Positions 15,293 to 26,699 of a stretch of DNA of 64,000 bases are shown in pieces. The notes beneath the pieces are model-generated. The model was not told the origin of the DNA and made no database searches. It saw only the letters and a program-made list of their open reading frames with translations. Both the position numbers and the translations under genes were made by a program. This DNA is from Eledone cirrhosa (Eukaryota), in assembly GCA_964016885.1 (NCBI GenBank), contig OZ024751.1, positions 3,224,001-3,288,000 on the forward strand, read 5' to 3'. Numbering within the stretch: position 1 is the stretch's first letter; each line of letters starts with the position of its first letter.

Positions 15293-15798
15293 GATATTAA
15301 TAAATGGAAACTATATTTATAAAACCATATTTATTTCATTATACATATTTCAGGGATACCATATTAAATTATGGTATGCCTTCATCAGACAAAATACAAT
15401 ATATAACAGTTTTACAAATAGCTTTGACGTACCTTTTTAAAATACAACCATTACTTTTGGAGGCTGTCTGGATAGTGAATTGTTTATATTGTTTTAATAA
15501 GTCATAGTGTTAAGCACAATTAGAAAAAGACTTTTTTCTTTTTCTTTATCTCCGTCTTTTTCTAATTCTGCTTAACACTATGACTTATTAAAACAATATA
15601 AACAATTCACTATCCAGACAGCCTCCAAAAGTAAAGGTTGTATTTTAAAAGCGTACGTCAAAGCTATTTGTAAAACTGTTATATATTGTATTTTGTCTGA
15701 TGAAGGCATACCATAATTTAATATGGTATCCCTGAAATATGTATAATGAAATAAATATGGTTTTATAAATATAGTTTCCATTTATTAATATCGTATAT
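15287..15798. repeat. Fold-back inverted repeat, ~245-bp arms, ~22-bp pyrimidine spacer (MITE-like), next to (TA)n
   Basis: ORFs 15304-15507(+) and 15578-15781(-) are near-identical; arms end at agaaaaagac / gtctttttct. Confidence 0.9.
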
Positions 15799-15849
15799 CT
15801 ACTCCAAAAACTTGTCGAGTGCTTTATATCAGTTATAAAAATATTTACT

Positions 15850-16049
15850 NNNNNNNNNNNNNNNNNNNNNNNNNNNNNNNNNNNNNNNNNNNNNNNNNNN
15901 NNNNNNNNNNNNNNNNNNNNNNNNNNNNNNNNNNNNNNNNNNNNNNNNNNNNNNNNNNNNNNNNNNNNNNNNNNNNNNNNNNNNNNNNNNNNNNNNNNNN
16001 NNNNNNNNNNNNNNNNNNNNNNNNNNNNNNNNNNNNNNNNNNNNNNNNN
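15850..16049. other. Assembly gap (run of N)
   Basis: 200 N. Confidence 1.
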
Positions 16050-16161
16050 CACATTCACAGACACAGACACACACACACACACACATACACATATATATAT
16101 ATATATATACGCACAATATATTTGTATATATATATAATTGTTTCAAATTTAGGCACAAGGC

Positions 16162-16197
<36 letters not shown>

Positions 16198-16474
16198 CAA
16201 TACATTTATATAATATATGTGTATGTGTGTGCATGTATATGTATATATGTTTGTATATATCTATAAATGTATGTGTGTGTTTATAAGCGTATATAAATAG
16301 ATACATATTAACTTATTCTATCACAAACAAATACACACACATACACACACATATTTATGTAAAGTGGCATTATCAGATATCTAATTATTCTAAACAAATA
16401 TTTTATGTTTATTATAATTTCTATTAGAGCGTTTTCTCCGCCATTTTTACTTGTTATTATAATTATATATATAT

Positions 16475-16508
<34 letters not shown>

Positions 16509-16564
16509 GCATATATATATATATGCATATATATATATGCATATATATATGCATATATATATAT

Positions 16565-17970
16565 GAAAATGTTCAAGACCCTGACAGCAGAGCTCAAGCC
16601 GTTTCGACGGCTATTTCTGGACAAAATTAGATTTTTAGCGTGGTAATAAATAGCTGAACTTTTCAAGTGGTAATTCCATATATGGGCATGCGATAATTAT
16701 GCATTTCTGAAGGTTGTAGTTGTCAAAAGGATTGGTCAAAATTTCTTGTAAACACAGTTAAATCTTTCATGGCGGTCGGTGGGGTGGCGGGCGGCTGAAC
16801 TTGCCTGCAGAACAATGTGGTTGTGGGTGAAACTGGTCAAGCGTTGAAAGTAAATTCTATACAGCAAATTCTAAGGCGTGTGGATAAATTTGGCTAGCTA
16901 GAAAGCAGGCGAAAAAAGAATTCTAGAGGAATCTGAGAGTGGGAAATTATAAAATTAAAAAATTAATAAATTAAAATTAAAAAGTTAAAAAATAATAAAT
17001 AAAAAATATTAAAAAATTAAATAATAAAAAATGTTTAAAATAAATCTAGATGCTAAAACAGCTGCTATATTTTTAGCTGGTATTGCGGTTTCGGCCAATG
17101 CTATATAGAATTTACGGGGGTGGGGGTACTGAGGCGACAAAAGCCCGATGGGCTGCCTCAGGGTGAAGGAAAAAGGAAAAGGAAGAGGAGAGGGAGTGGA
17201 AGGAAGTGAGAAAAAGAGATAAAGGGAAAGAAGAAAAGAATGACATCTACCTATGTATGCTGTGGTTTCCCTATCTTGTTCGGCAAGTGGGGAAAGGAGG
17301 ATGTTACAACCATTGTCTACCCAAGCGAGTCATGAGGGGGTTTGTGGACAAGGTAAGTCCTACGCAATCAGTGTTTACATGCGGTTACAAGTTCGTCTTT
17401 TTTGTTTAGGAGTTGGTCCTTCGTAAACAGCATTTGTATTGTTTCCTCCGAGCATAAGTTACACGGAGGGCGTCCTCCCGTGTAGGATTTTGCCCTGGAA
17501 AGTAAGCTCCAAGTAAGATGGTATGTGATGTTATTATCTTGGAGGTCCCAGATGTGGCCCGAAAGTATAGTGGCATGTCGCCGGGCCGGGTTTCTGAACG
17601 TATGACCGTGTTGGTAGAGCCGGGTCTTAAAGTAACAAGTGGTTAATCCTATGTAGACTTTGTTGGAGTTTTCCGTCCGCACGTTGCATTGGTAGATCAC
17701 GTTACGTTCTCGGCATCTGTTGTTGAGGGGGAACGTAGATCTATCAGGGCAGTTACACCTCCTTGTCGGCTCCCACTAATGTCTATGTTGTTTCTTCCGT
17801 AGGGGTTGAGTTTCTTGTTGTTTGAGGAGGCGATGTTTTGTGCGAAGCTGGGTGTGGTGCTGTAGAAGAGTTTCATAGTATTTTTGTTGATTATGTTGTG
17901 GTGGGAAGTGTTTTTCGAGAAGTCTAAAGGAGATTTTCCTGATTGTTTTGCAACCTCAGCATTGTGGGGA
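16565..17970 (-). mobile_element. Penelope-like element, Naiad-like: GIY-YIG endonuclease region + 3' region
   Basis: LLEKHFP, CNC...PL..C...VIYQC, VYIGLT..FKTRLYQH, LSGHIW, CNLCSEE, LLNKKDELVTACKH (ORF 17368-17700); ends in (TA)n. Confidence 0.85.
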
Positions 17971-17971
17971 G

Positions 17972-19735
17972 GGTTGTTCGGAGACCTCTTGGCGGACGTC
18001 TACTGCAACTGGCAGCAGAACGGGAGAAGTCCCACCTCTGTGAGCCGAGGAGCGGTGGCGCTGCTGAGAAAGGATCCGAATAAGGGGGATAACATAGATA
18101 ATTTCAGACCCATAACTCTGCTAAACACAGAGTTCAAGATTTTGACAAGATTCTAGTAAGAGAGGCGCAGACATACGCCATTCCAGACAGATCCATCCAC
18201 GACAACCTCCACCTCATGCGATACATCGTAGAGAGGGTAGCTAGGGAACCTGGTACGGGTGGGTCCTTGATCAGTCGAAAGCTTTCGATAGGGTTGACCA
18301 TCGTTATCTGGCGGCAGTCCTGAGGGCGGATGGCTTTGGGCCTGTCCTCAGAGGCTGTATCACTGCCATGTACAGCGACGTCTGTATCTGTGGTGAGAGG
18401 GAAAGGTCACCTTTCGGAACCGTTCAACATCATGCGCTCGATCCACCACGGATGTTCCCTCTCGTCCGTTTTGTACGTATTGACTCTCAAGCCATTAACG
18501 CACAAACTGGAGACATTGATGGGGGGGGGGGGTCCCGCGAGAACTGGGATGTGGAAGATCCGTGTCAGCATATGAAGACGATGTCACCGTAGCGGTGTCG
18601 AACGCCAAACACTTCGAGGCGATCGGCACTACACTAAGAAAATACGAGGTGATGACAGGAGCAATGATCAACCAGGAAAAGTCGGTGGGCCTGCAGCTCG
18701 GCACCTGGAGAGGCAAGTTCATGCCGTCCAACAACGTGCTCGGGCGCTGGACGGACGGAGTGGTTAAATTGCTAGGTGTCTGGTTCTGTCCGGACCTCCA
18801 GACGAAAGGGACCGCTTGGAGACTGGAATGTCTTCAGGCGCTTACAGCCCTCAACCAGTCAGGCAATGCGATAGGTGGAAACTCCATCTTGTCGTTCTAT
18901 AGAGGATTAGTGGAGGTGAAGAGCGATGACGTACTTGGGGAGACTCTGGTTGATGAAAATCAACTAGCCATTCTCTTCGGGAGAACTTTCGGGCCGGGAC
19001 CTATGGACAACTTTCAGAAATCCCTGGCCTGGCAGTGCTACCGAGGAGCTTTGCCTGTTCGGGATAAACTCTACAGGCATGGAAGTGCCGTCAGCCGGGC
19101 ATGTCCGAAATGCGCGCAGGGCGACGAAACCGTCCTGCACGCACTCGTCCAGTGTCCGAGCATTGCTTACTTGTCGGTTTATGTCGAACACCTGCTGTCG
19201 CGTTTAGGACGGATCCGTCTATCAGCTGAATCCATCGTGAGGATTGCCCCGCCGCCTTCCTTTAGCCGGGAAGGGCAGGTAGTTTTTATCTGTCTGGTGG
19301 CCATGGCGAAAGAGATAGTGTGGTGGACACGTTTGAAAGGGCTGAAGACGAGCACTTACCTCTTCGGTGATGCCCTGATTAACTTTTTCAAATTTCATTT
19401 GAAAAGGAAAATCATGGTAGAGAGGGAAGTGTTCTCTTCCCAGCATTTTGTTGAAAGATGGGTGAGAGAGACAAGCATGGCCCGAGTGAATTGGCCTGCT
19501 CTGAGTATGCGCCTGTAAATTAAAGGTGGAAAACTGGGAGAGGGCACTTGCCCTGGTGGTCAGGGTCACTGTGGGCTTTCTCTACGAATGTCCCTCGGAA
19601 GTCTCCCCCCCATTGGGGAATTTTTCATTGTTTCTTTGTTGTCACATCCCCCCCCTTTTTTTTTTTACACATGCAGAAATGCTCATTTGTACCGCCCTGT
19701 ATTGTCCTGTGTTGTCCTTAATGTTATATTTTATA
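17972..19735 (+). mobile_element. Tx1/L1-type LINE fragment A (RT with internal deletion, zinc finger, 3' UTR); same family as 47523-53401
   Basis: NFRPITLLNTEFKI, YEDD, CPKCAQGDETVLHALVQC; frameshifts. Confidence 0.9.
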
Positions 19736-20530
19736 TCTGGCAGTGCTACAGGGGAGCTTTGCCGGTTCGAGATAAGTTCTACAGGCACGGAAGTGCCATC
19801 AGCTGAACCTGTCCGAGATACGCGCTGGGCGACGAAACCGTCGTGCACGCACTCATTCAGTGTCCGAGCATTGCTGACTTGTGGAACTATGTCGAACAGT
19901 TGTTGTCACGTGTAGGACGGATCCGGTTATCGACTGAGTCCATTGTGCAGATTGCCCCACCATCCTCCTTTAAGGAGGAGGAAGAGAAAGAAGTTTTCAT
20001 CTGCCTGGTGGCCATGGCAAAAGAGATTGTATGGTGGACAAGGTTGAAAGGATTGAAGACGGACACTTTCCTCTTAGGCGAATCCCTGATTAACTTTTTC
20101 AAATTTCACTTGAAGAGGAGAATCAGGGTGGAGAGGCAAGTGCTGTCTTCTAGTAAGTTTGTTAAACGGTAGGTGAAAGTGGCGTGTCTGGTCCGAGTGA
20201 ACGGGCCCGCTCTCAGTAAGCGCCTGCAGACTGAGCAGTGGGAGAACTGAGAGAGGGCGCTTACCCTGGTGGTCAGGGTGGCTGTGGTATTTTGTGTGGT
20301 TTTCCCCACGAGTGACCCTCGGAGCTTTCCCCCTTTTGGGGGAATTTTTGTTGTTTAAATTTTTTTGATTTGTTTTTCCACATTTCTATCTTCTTGTTAT
20401 AACCTTTTTACACGGCCAAAATCCACTTTGTATCGTCCTGTACCGTTCTGTGCCGTCCGTAATGTTTTTCTTCATGTTAGCGCTTGTGGCCAATAAAGAA
20501 ACCATTGTTATTATTATTATTATTATTATT
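19736..20530 (+). mobile_element. Tx1-type LINE 3' fragment B ending in AATAAA + (ATT)n
   Basis: WQCYRGALPV...HALIQCPS...WWTRLKG; tail cttgtggccaataaagaaaccattgttattatt. Confidence 0.9.
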
Positions 20531-23500
20531 ACAGTTGCATTTATCTTGCTTTATGTTCATACAAGTTATCACCAAGTCACAACCAGTGACCTCAAGAGAC
20601 AACAAGGTCCGCCATGTTCAAAAAAGAACATACATACACCCACAGGCATCTTGTGATGTACTTATATTGATGTACTTATATTGACAGAATCTTCCTTAGT
20701 ATATGGGCAGGTCCCATTAGTACTATCTTTTGTATTTCTCCTATACGCGGGTTTCCTGGGATTTGCGATAAATAATCATTAGACCCCTTAGGTATCATTC
20801 CTAGAGAGCCTACAAACACTGGTATTATTTTAGTTCTCAATTTCCATATTTTTCAAATTTCTATCTCCAGGTCTTTATACTTGCTCAATTTTTCAAATGA
20901 TTTTATAGATACATTCTTGTCTATTGGAACGGACATATCAATTAGCAGGCATACCCTCTTTTTAAAGTCCTTCAGTATTATATCAGGTCTATTTGCATCT
21001 ATTTTTCGGTCTGTTTGGATGGTAAAGTTCCACAAGATTGAGATGTGATCTTATTCAAGTACGGGAGGTGGTTGATGCTCCCACCAATTCTTTTGATGGG
21101 GCATGACAATATGCTTTCACATTATCCAATGTATGTATTGTGCAGCTCTGTCGTGCCTGTTTAGGTATTCGGATGGAGCTATAGGACTGCACATTGGAAT
21201 TATATGGTCTGGTCTCTGGTTGTTTTTTACATACACGGCATAATGGGCTGCATCCATTTTTTATTATGTTGGCTTTGTAATTTTTTGTTGGCAGACACTG
21301 ATCTTGCGCTGATATAATTAGTCCTTCAGTCTCCGATTTCAGTTCACTGATGCCAACCACTGATGCCAACCACTGATGCCAACCACTGATGCCAACCACT
21401 GATGCCAACCACTGATGGGTTTAAGTTTTGTCAACATCAGGATTGTTAGCTCTTTCTAGATATTTTCCATACAGAGGCTTTTCTTGCCATTACTTAGCTA
21501 GTATCTGTAGCAGTTCTTTCTTTGCAGTTACTTTTACCTGCTTTGCTTTTTCTGTTTTTCATTTCAGCAGTTAATAGAACTTCTGTAATTTGTAGTCCAT
21601 TACTGTATCTTTGTGCATCTTTTTTTTAATGGAGTATGATCTTTTGATGCTTTCGTGTTTCAAAACGAGTTTGATCATCCAATCATGTGATTCCCTTCGA
21701 TATGTAGATAATCCAATTGTTGCAGTTTTCAACGCAATATCTAAGTGGATTAACCCACGTCCTCCTTCTTTCCTAGGGAGATATATTCTATCTGTATCTG
21801 CCGTAGGGTGATGCATTCTGTGCATGATTAAGAATTTTCTAATTTTTGTATCGAGCCTACGGATCTCTGTGATTGACCAGTTGATGACATTGTAACTGTA
21901 GGTTACTACTGGTGTGGCAAGCGTGTTTATGGCATAGATCCTATTCCATGCATTCAATTGCGTTCTTAAGATTGCTCTTACATTCCTTCCTTATCCTTTC
22001 CCTCACTGTCGAGTGCTTGATTCCGTCTCCTTCACAAACACCTAGATATTTGTAAGTTTCCTCTTGATCAAGTTCTCTTATCACGTTCCCCCGATCAAGA
22101 TTAATGTCTGAACTTTTCAGCAGCTTTCCTCTGGTGAACGTTGCTTTGGCGCATTTATCTAGTCCAAACTCCATTTTAATGTAATCAATGAACTGCTTCA
22201 CAGTGGATAATAGCCCTTGCAATTGTTCATCATTTTTTTGCAAATAGTTTCAGGTCATCCATGTAGAACAAGTGATTAATGGTTTTGTCATAGACTTTAT
22301 ATCCATGTTTTGTTTCATTGAGCATTTTACTTAATGATATAAGTGCGATGCAGAATAAAAGCGGTGATAAAGAGTCACCCTGAAAAATTCCACAATTAAT
22401 ATTAACTTCTCCAGCTTCCAGTGATTTTTTTTTCACTATTCAAAAGGAGTGAAATAGATCATTTGTTATCAAGTGATTATATTTATATTCAGTTAGGACT
22501 GATGTTAAAATGTTATACATCGTGGTCAAGCAAGTTATCGGTCTGTAATTTTTGGGATTGTTTGTCTCATCATTCTTCGGAAGTAGGAATGTAATGCCGT
22601 TAACTAGCCATGATGGTATCTTTTCTGGCTCTTTAACCATTTCATTGTAAAGTTGGGCTAACAGCTCATGAGATTCTGTGAAGGCATTTATCCAAAAATT
22701 TGGTATTTTGTCTTTTCCTGGGGATTTCCATTTGCTGGTTTTTCTAAGAGCCAAACGCAACTGTTCAACTGTTATATTTTCCCATGTTTGTTCCTCAAGC
22801 TGAGCTGTATCTTTCATTTGTCTGTCTATCCATGGGGCATGTATATTATGAACTCTTTCTTCGGCCCAGATCTTTTCCCAGAATTCTTGCACTTCCTCCT
22901 TGGGTGGTATTGATTTAGCAGTTATTGTTGACTTGCCAATTTTTCTGTAGAATTTTCTTTGGTTGTTTTTGAACATATTATTGTCCTTATATAATCTAGA
23001 TCGTCTTTTAAAGCGCCTTATACGAGCAGCTTTGGCTGACACTTTTTGCTTGATTATTTCTATCAGCATGTCTATGTCACTTGTTGATTTTAGACTGTAT
23101 TTTCTTTTCAATATTCTAAGTTTAGTTTGTTTAACATGTTCACCTACTTTGTAGTTTGTTAAAATTTCTCTGTCAGATCGGACAAGGTTTATTTGGCGAT
23201 TGATGCTCTCTTAACAAGTAGGTTTTTTGTGGGAATTCCTTTTTTTTTTCATTTTCACTCCACATAAGTGAGTGGTGACTTTAGCCGATGCATAATAGAG
23301 ATGATTTAGATCAGTAATGTTTAGTAATTTCTTGGTGGTGAACATGGAGGGCCAACAGTAGGAGTATTCCGGTTATGGAAGGTCTCCAGCTCCGAATAGA
23401 TGGGAAGGTTTGAACCATTAGCTGATTTTTCGACCCCAGTCTGGTTCCTCTCTGAGAGACGCGGCCACTTTTGACACGGGTGACGGCCGGTCCGGTATGA

Positions 23501-23948
23501 GATTTTATCATTTGACATTGGCTTTATTTTGTTGCGTTTTATCCTTAACAGCCAGGGGGAAATCATTTCGTGTTACCACTCCTAGGACTAGTGTCAACCA
23601 AGGCTAGAGGGGTCGTCCATCCCTAGAGACACGGCTACCCCCCCCCCCCCCGGCCGCCATCCCGGGATTTCTTGGTCACGAGGTTTTTTTATTTTTGTTT
23701 ATTTTTTAAATTGTTATTATCATGAGTGGTTCCTTAATGTGAGCACTGCGTTGCTTAAGAATGAAATTATTATTAATAATATAATATACTTTTTGTTGAA
23801 GTTGCCTGCTGTTGTTGTTGGCTATGTCGGTGGTGCTGGGGCTTTTTCTATTGTTGGTGGGGAAGGAGGGAGCCAACAGTGCCATAGTGGTTGACGTTTG
23901 ACCGGGTCACTAAGTCAGTCTATTTATATCTTTTGATAGCCTCTCCCT
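20531..23948 (-). mobile_element. R4/Dong-type retrotransposon family A, decayed and internally deleted
   Basis: fragments [40 protein letters not shown] match ORF 53543-57193. Confidence 0.92.
21345..21416. repeat. 13-bp tandem repeat CACTGATGCCAAC, ~5.5 copies, expanded inside the Dong ORF
   Basis: single copy at ~54219-54235 in the intact element. Confidence 0.9.
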
Positions 23949-23959
23949 TATTATTATCA

Positions 23960-24018
23960 TTGTCTTGTACTGTCTTTAATGTCTACTTTGTGTAAACCCT
24001 TGTGGTTAATAAAGAAAG

Positions 24019-24073
<55 letters not shown>
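23960..24073 (+). mobile_element. ~60-bp Tx1 3' terminus + (ATT)n
   Basis: tgtactgtctttaatgtctactttgtgtaaacccttgtggttaataaagaaagcattatt matches ~53325-53390. Confidence 0.85.
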
Positions 24074-24074
<1 letters not shown>

Positions 24075-24440
24075 TTTGAGTCTCAGTCATTGATGTTAGT
24101 TAACTGGAAAGTTTGTTGAAATGAAAATCAAGCCACTACCTGCAGCCTCAGATATTCAGGACGTATCGGAGGGTTCTTGCTGTTTCCAGCAGGCATGCCT
24201 TTTGAAGCGTTCCAAAAAGCGTGGCGGGACCAATGTTCTTTAACCATCCCTGGAAACTCTTTGAGATAGTACCTAGTGCGCCTATGACAATCGGGACCAC
24301 TTTGACTTCATGGCAGTTCCAAATCCTTTTTACCTCCCACTTTAAGTCCTGGTATCGGTTAATTTTCTCCCTCTCCTTCTCTTTCACTCTCGTGTCGAAT
24401 GGGTAGGCCACATCCACAATCAGGCACGATCTTTTTTCTT
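24074..24440 (-). mobile_element. R4/Dong family B 3' fragment (RLE C-terminus)
   Basis: DVAYPFD...[12 protein letters not shown]...PIVIGALG. Confidence 0.9.
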
Positions 24441-26525
24441 TGGGAGCAGATCGGGAGCATTCCCAGTTTTGTGAGCCGGGGAGGAGTGGCGCTGCTGAGG
24501 AAAGACCCGAACAAGGGGGATGTTATTGATAATTTCAGGCCCATAACCCTGCTAAACGCAGAGTTCAAGATGTTGGCCAAGGTGTTAGCAACGAGGTTGG
24601 CGCTTGTCGTCAAGGGTCTGGTGGGAGAGGCGCAGACATGCGCTATCCCGGACAGATCCATAAACGACAACCTCCACCTCATGAGATACATCATAGAGAG
24701 GGTGGTTAAAGAACCTGGCAAGGGTGGGGCCCTGATCAACTTGGATCAAACCAAAGCATTCGATAGGGTCGACCATCGGTACCTGGCGGCGGTCCTCGAG
24801 GCAGCCGGTTTCGGGCCCGTTTTCAGGCGTTGGATCGCAGCAATGTACAGCGACATCTGCTCAGTTGTGAGGGTGAACGGTCACCTGTCGCAGCCGTTCA
24901 GCATCATGCGCTCAGTCCGCCAGGGTTGTCCCCTCTCGTCCCTCTTGTACGTATTGGCTCTCGAGCCGTTACTGCACAAACTGGGGGCGATGAGGGGCGT
25001 CCCACGCGAACTAGGATGCCGAAAATCCGAGTCGGCTTACGCTGACGACGTCACCGTGGTGGTGTCGAGCACCAGACACGTCCAGATGCTCGGCACCTCT
25101 CTCAAGGAATACGAAATGGTGACAGGAGCAAAGATAAACCAGGAAAAGTCGGTGGGCATGCAGCTAGGCACCCGGAGAGGCAAGTCCATGCCGTCCGACA
25201 GCGTCGTGGGGAGTTGAACGGACGGACCGGTTAAATTGCTCGGGGTCTGGTTCGGACCGGACCTCCAGATGGAGAAAAACTGGAACGAGGTGACGAGCAG
25301 GGTGGCCTCCCTCACCCAGAAATGGGCTGAGAGGAGGCTGTCCCTGAAAGGCCGGGCAGAAGTGGCGAATGCGTACATCGCCTCCGTCAACTGCTACCGC
25401 CTCACCGTCGTCCCTTGCTCCAGCCCAACTCTCACCAAAATGGAGCGCCTCCTCTTCCGCTTTTTGTGGAAGGGACGCGCTCCCATGGTCAGACGATCCA
25501 TCTGCTGTCAACACCCGTTGCGTGGAGGACTGGGCATGCCATGGCTGATGATGCGCAAACATGCGCTGAGGCTGAGACATCTCTGGTGCTTCCTTGATGG
25601 TGGACTGGTGGAGGGGAAGAGCGACGACGTTCTCGGAGAGATCCTGGGCGTCGAAGAAGATCAGCTGCTTGCTCTCTTCCGGAGAACTTTCAGCCCGGGG
25701 CCTATGGATAACTTCCAAAAATCCCTGGCCTGGCAGTGCTACAGGGGAGCGCTGCCGGTTCGAGATAAGCTCTACAGGCACGGAAGTGCCGTCAGCCGAG
25801 CCTGTCCGAGATGCGCGCATAGCGACGAAACCGTTGTGCACGCACTCGTTCAGTGCCCGAGCATTGCTGACTTGTGGAGCTATGTCGAACAGTTGCTGTC
25901 ACGTGTGGGACTGATCCCGTTGTCGACTGAGTCCATTGTGAAGATGGTCTCGCCGTCTTCCTTCGAGGAGGAAGGGCAGGCGGTTTTCATCTGCCTGGTG
26001 GCCATGGCGAAAGAGATTGTGTGGTGGACAAGGTTAAAAGGATTAAAGACAAACACTTTCCTCTTCGGCGAATCCCTGATTAACCTTTTCAAGTTTCACT
26101 TGAAGAGGAAAATCAGGGTGGAGAGGCAAGTGCTGCTTTCTAGCAAGTTTGTTGAAAGGTGGGTGAATGTAGCGAGAATGGTCCGAGTGAACGGGACCAC
26201 TCTGAATATACGTCTATAGTTTGAGAGATGGAAAAATTGAGAGAGGGCGCTTGCCCTGGTAGTCAGGGTGGCCGTGGTCTTTTGTGTGGTTTTCGCCACG
26301 AGTAACCCTCGGAGGTTTCCCCCTATTGGGGAATTTTTCATTGTTTCAATTTTCATTTTATTGTTTATATATATATATGTTTTATGTCTTTTTTCTTTTC
26401 TTATATAAATAATAAAAATATTTACACGCACAAAACCCACATCGTACCGTCCTGTTCCGTCTGTGATGTTTTTCTTGATGTCATCCCTTGTGGCCAATAA
26501 AGAAATCATTATTATTATTATTATT
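24441..26525 (+). mobile_element. Tx1-type LINE C, 5'-truncated, near-identical to ~45262-47526
   Basis: ORFs 24399-25217 and 25236-26219 (LDQTKAFDRV, RQGCPLS, YADD, zinc finger); same stop as copy E; internal deletion at ~25600; (ATT)n tail. Confidence 0.93.
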
Positions 26526-26699
26526 GAATAGGAAAATCAGGGTGGAGAGGCAATTTCTTCTTTCTAGCAAGTTTGTTGAAAGGTGGGTGAATGTAGCGAG
26601 AATAGTCCGAGTGAACGGGACCACTCTGAATATACGTCTGTAGTTTGAGAGATGGAAACATTGAGAGAAGGCACTTGCCCTGGTAGTCAGGGTGGCCGT

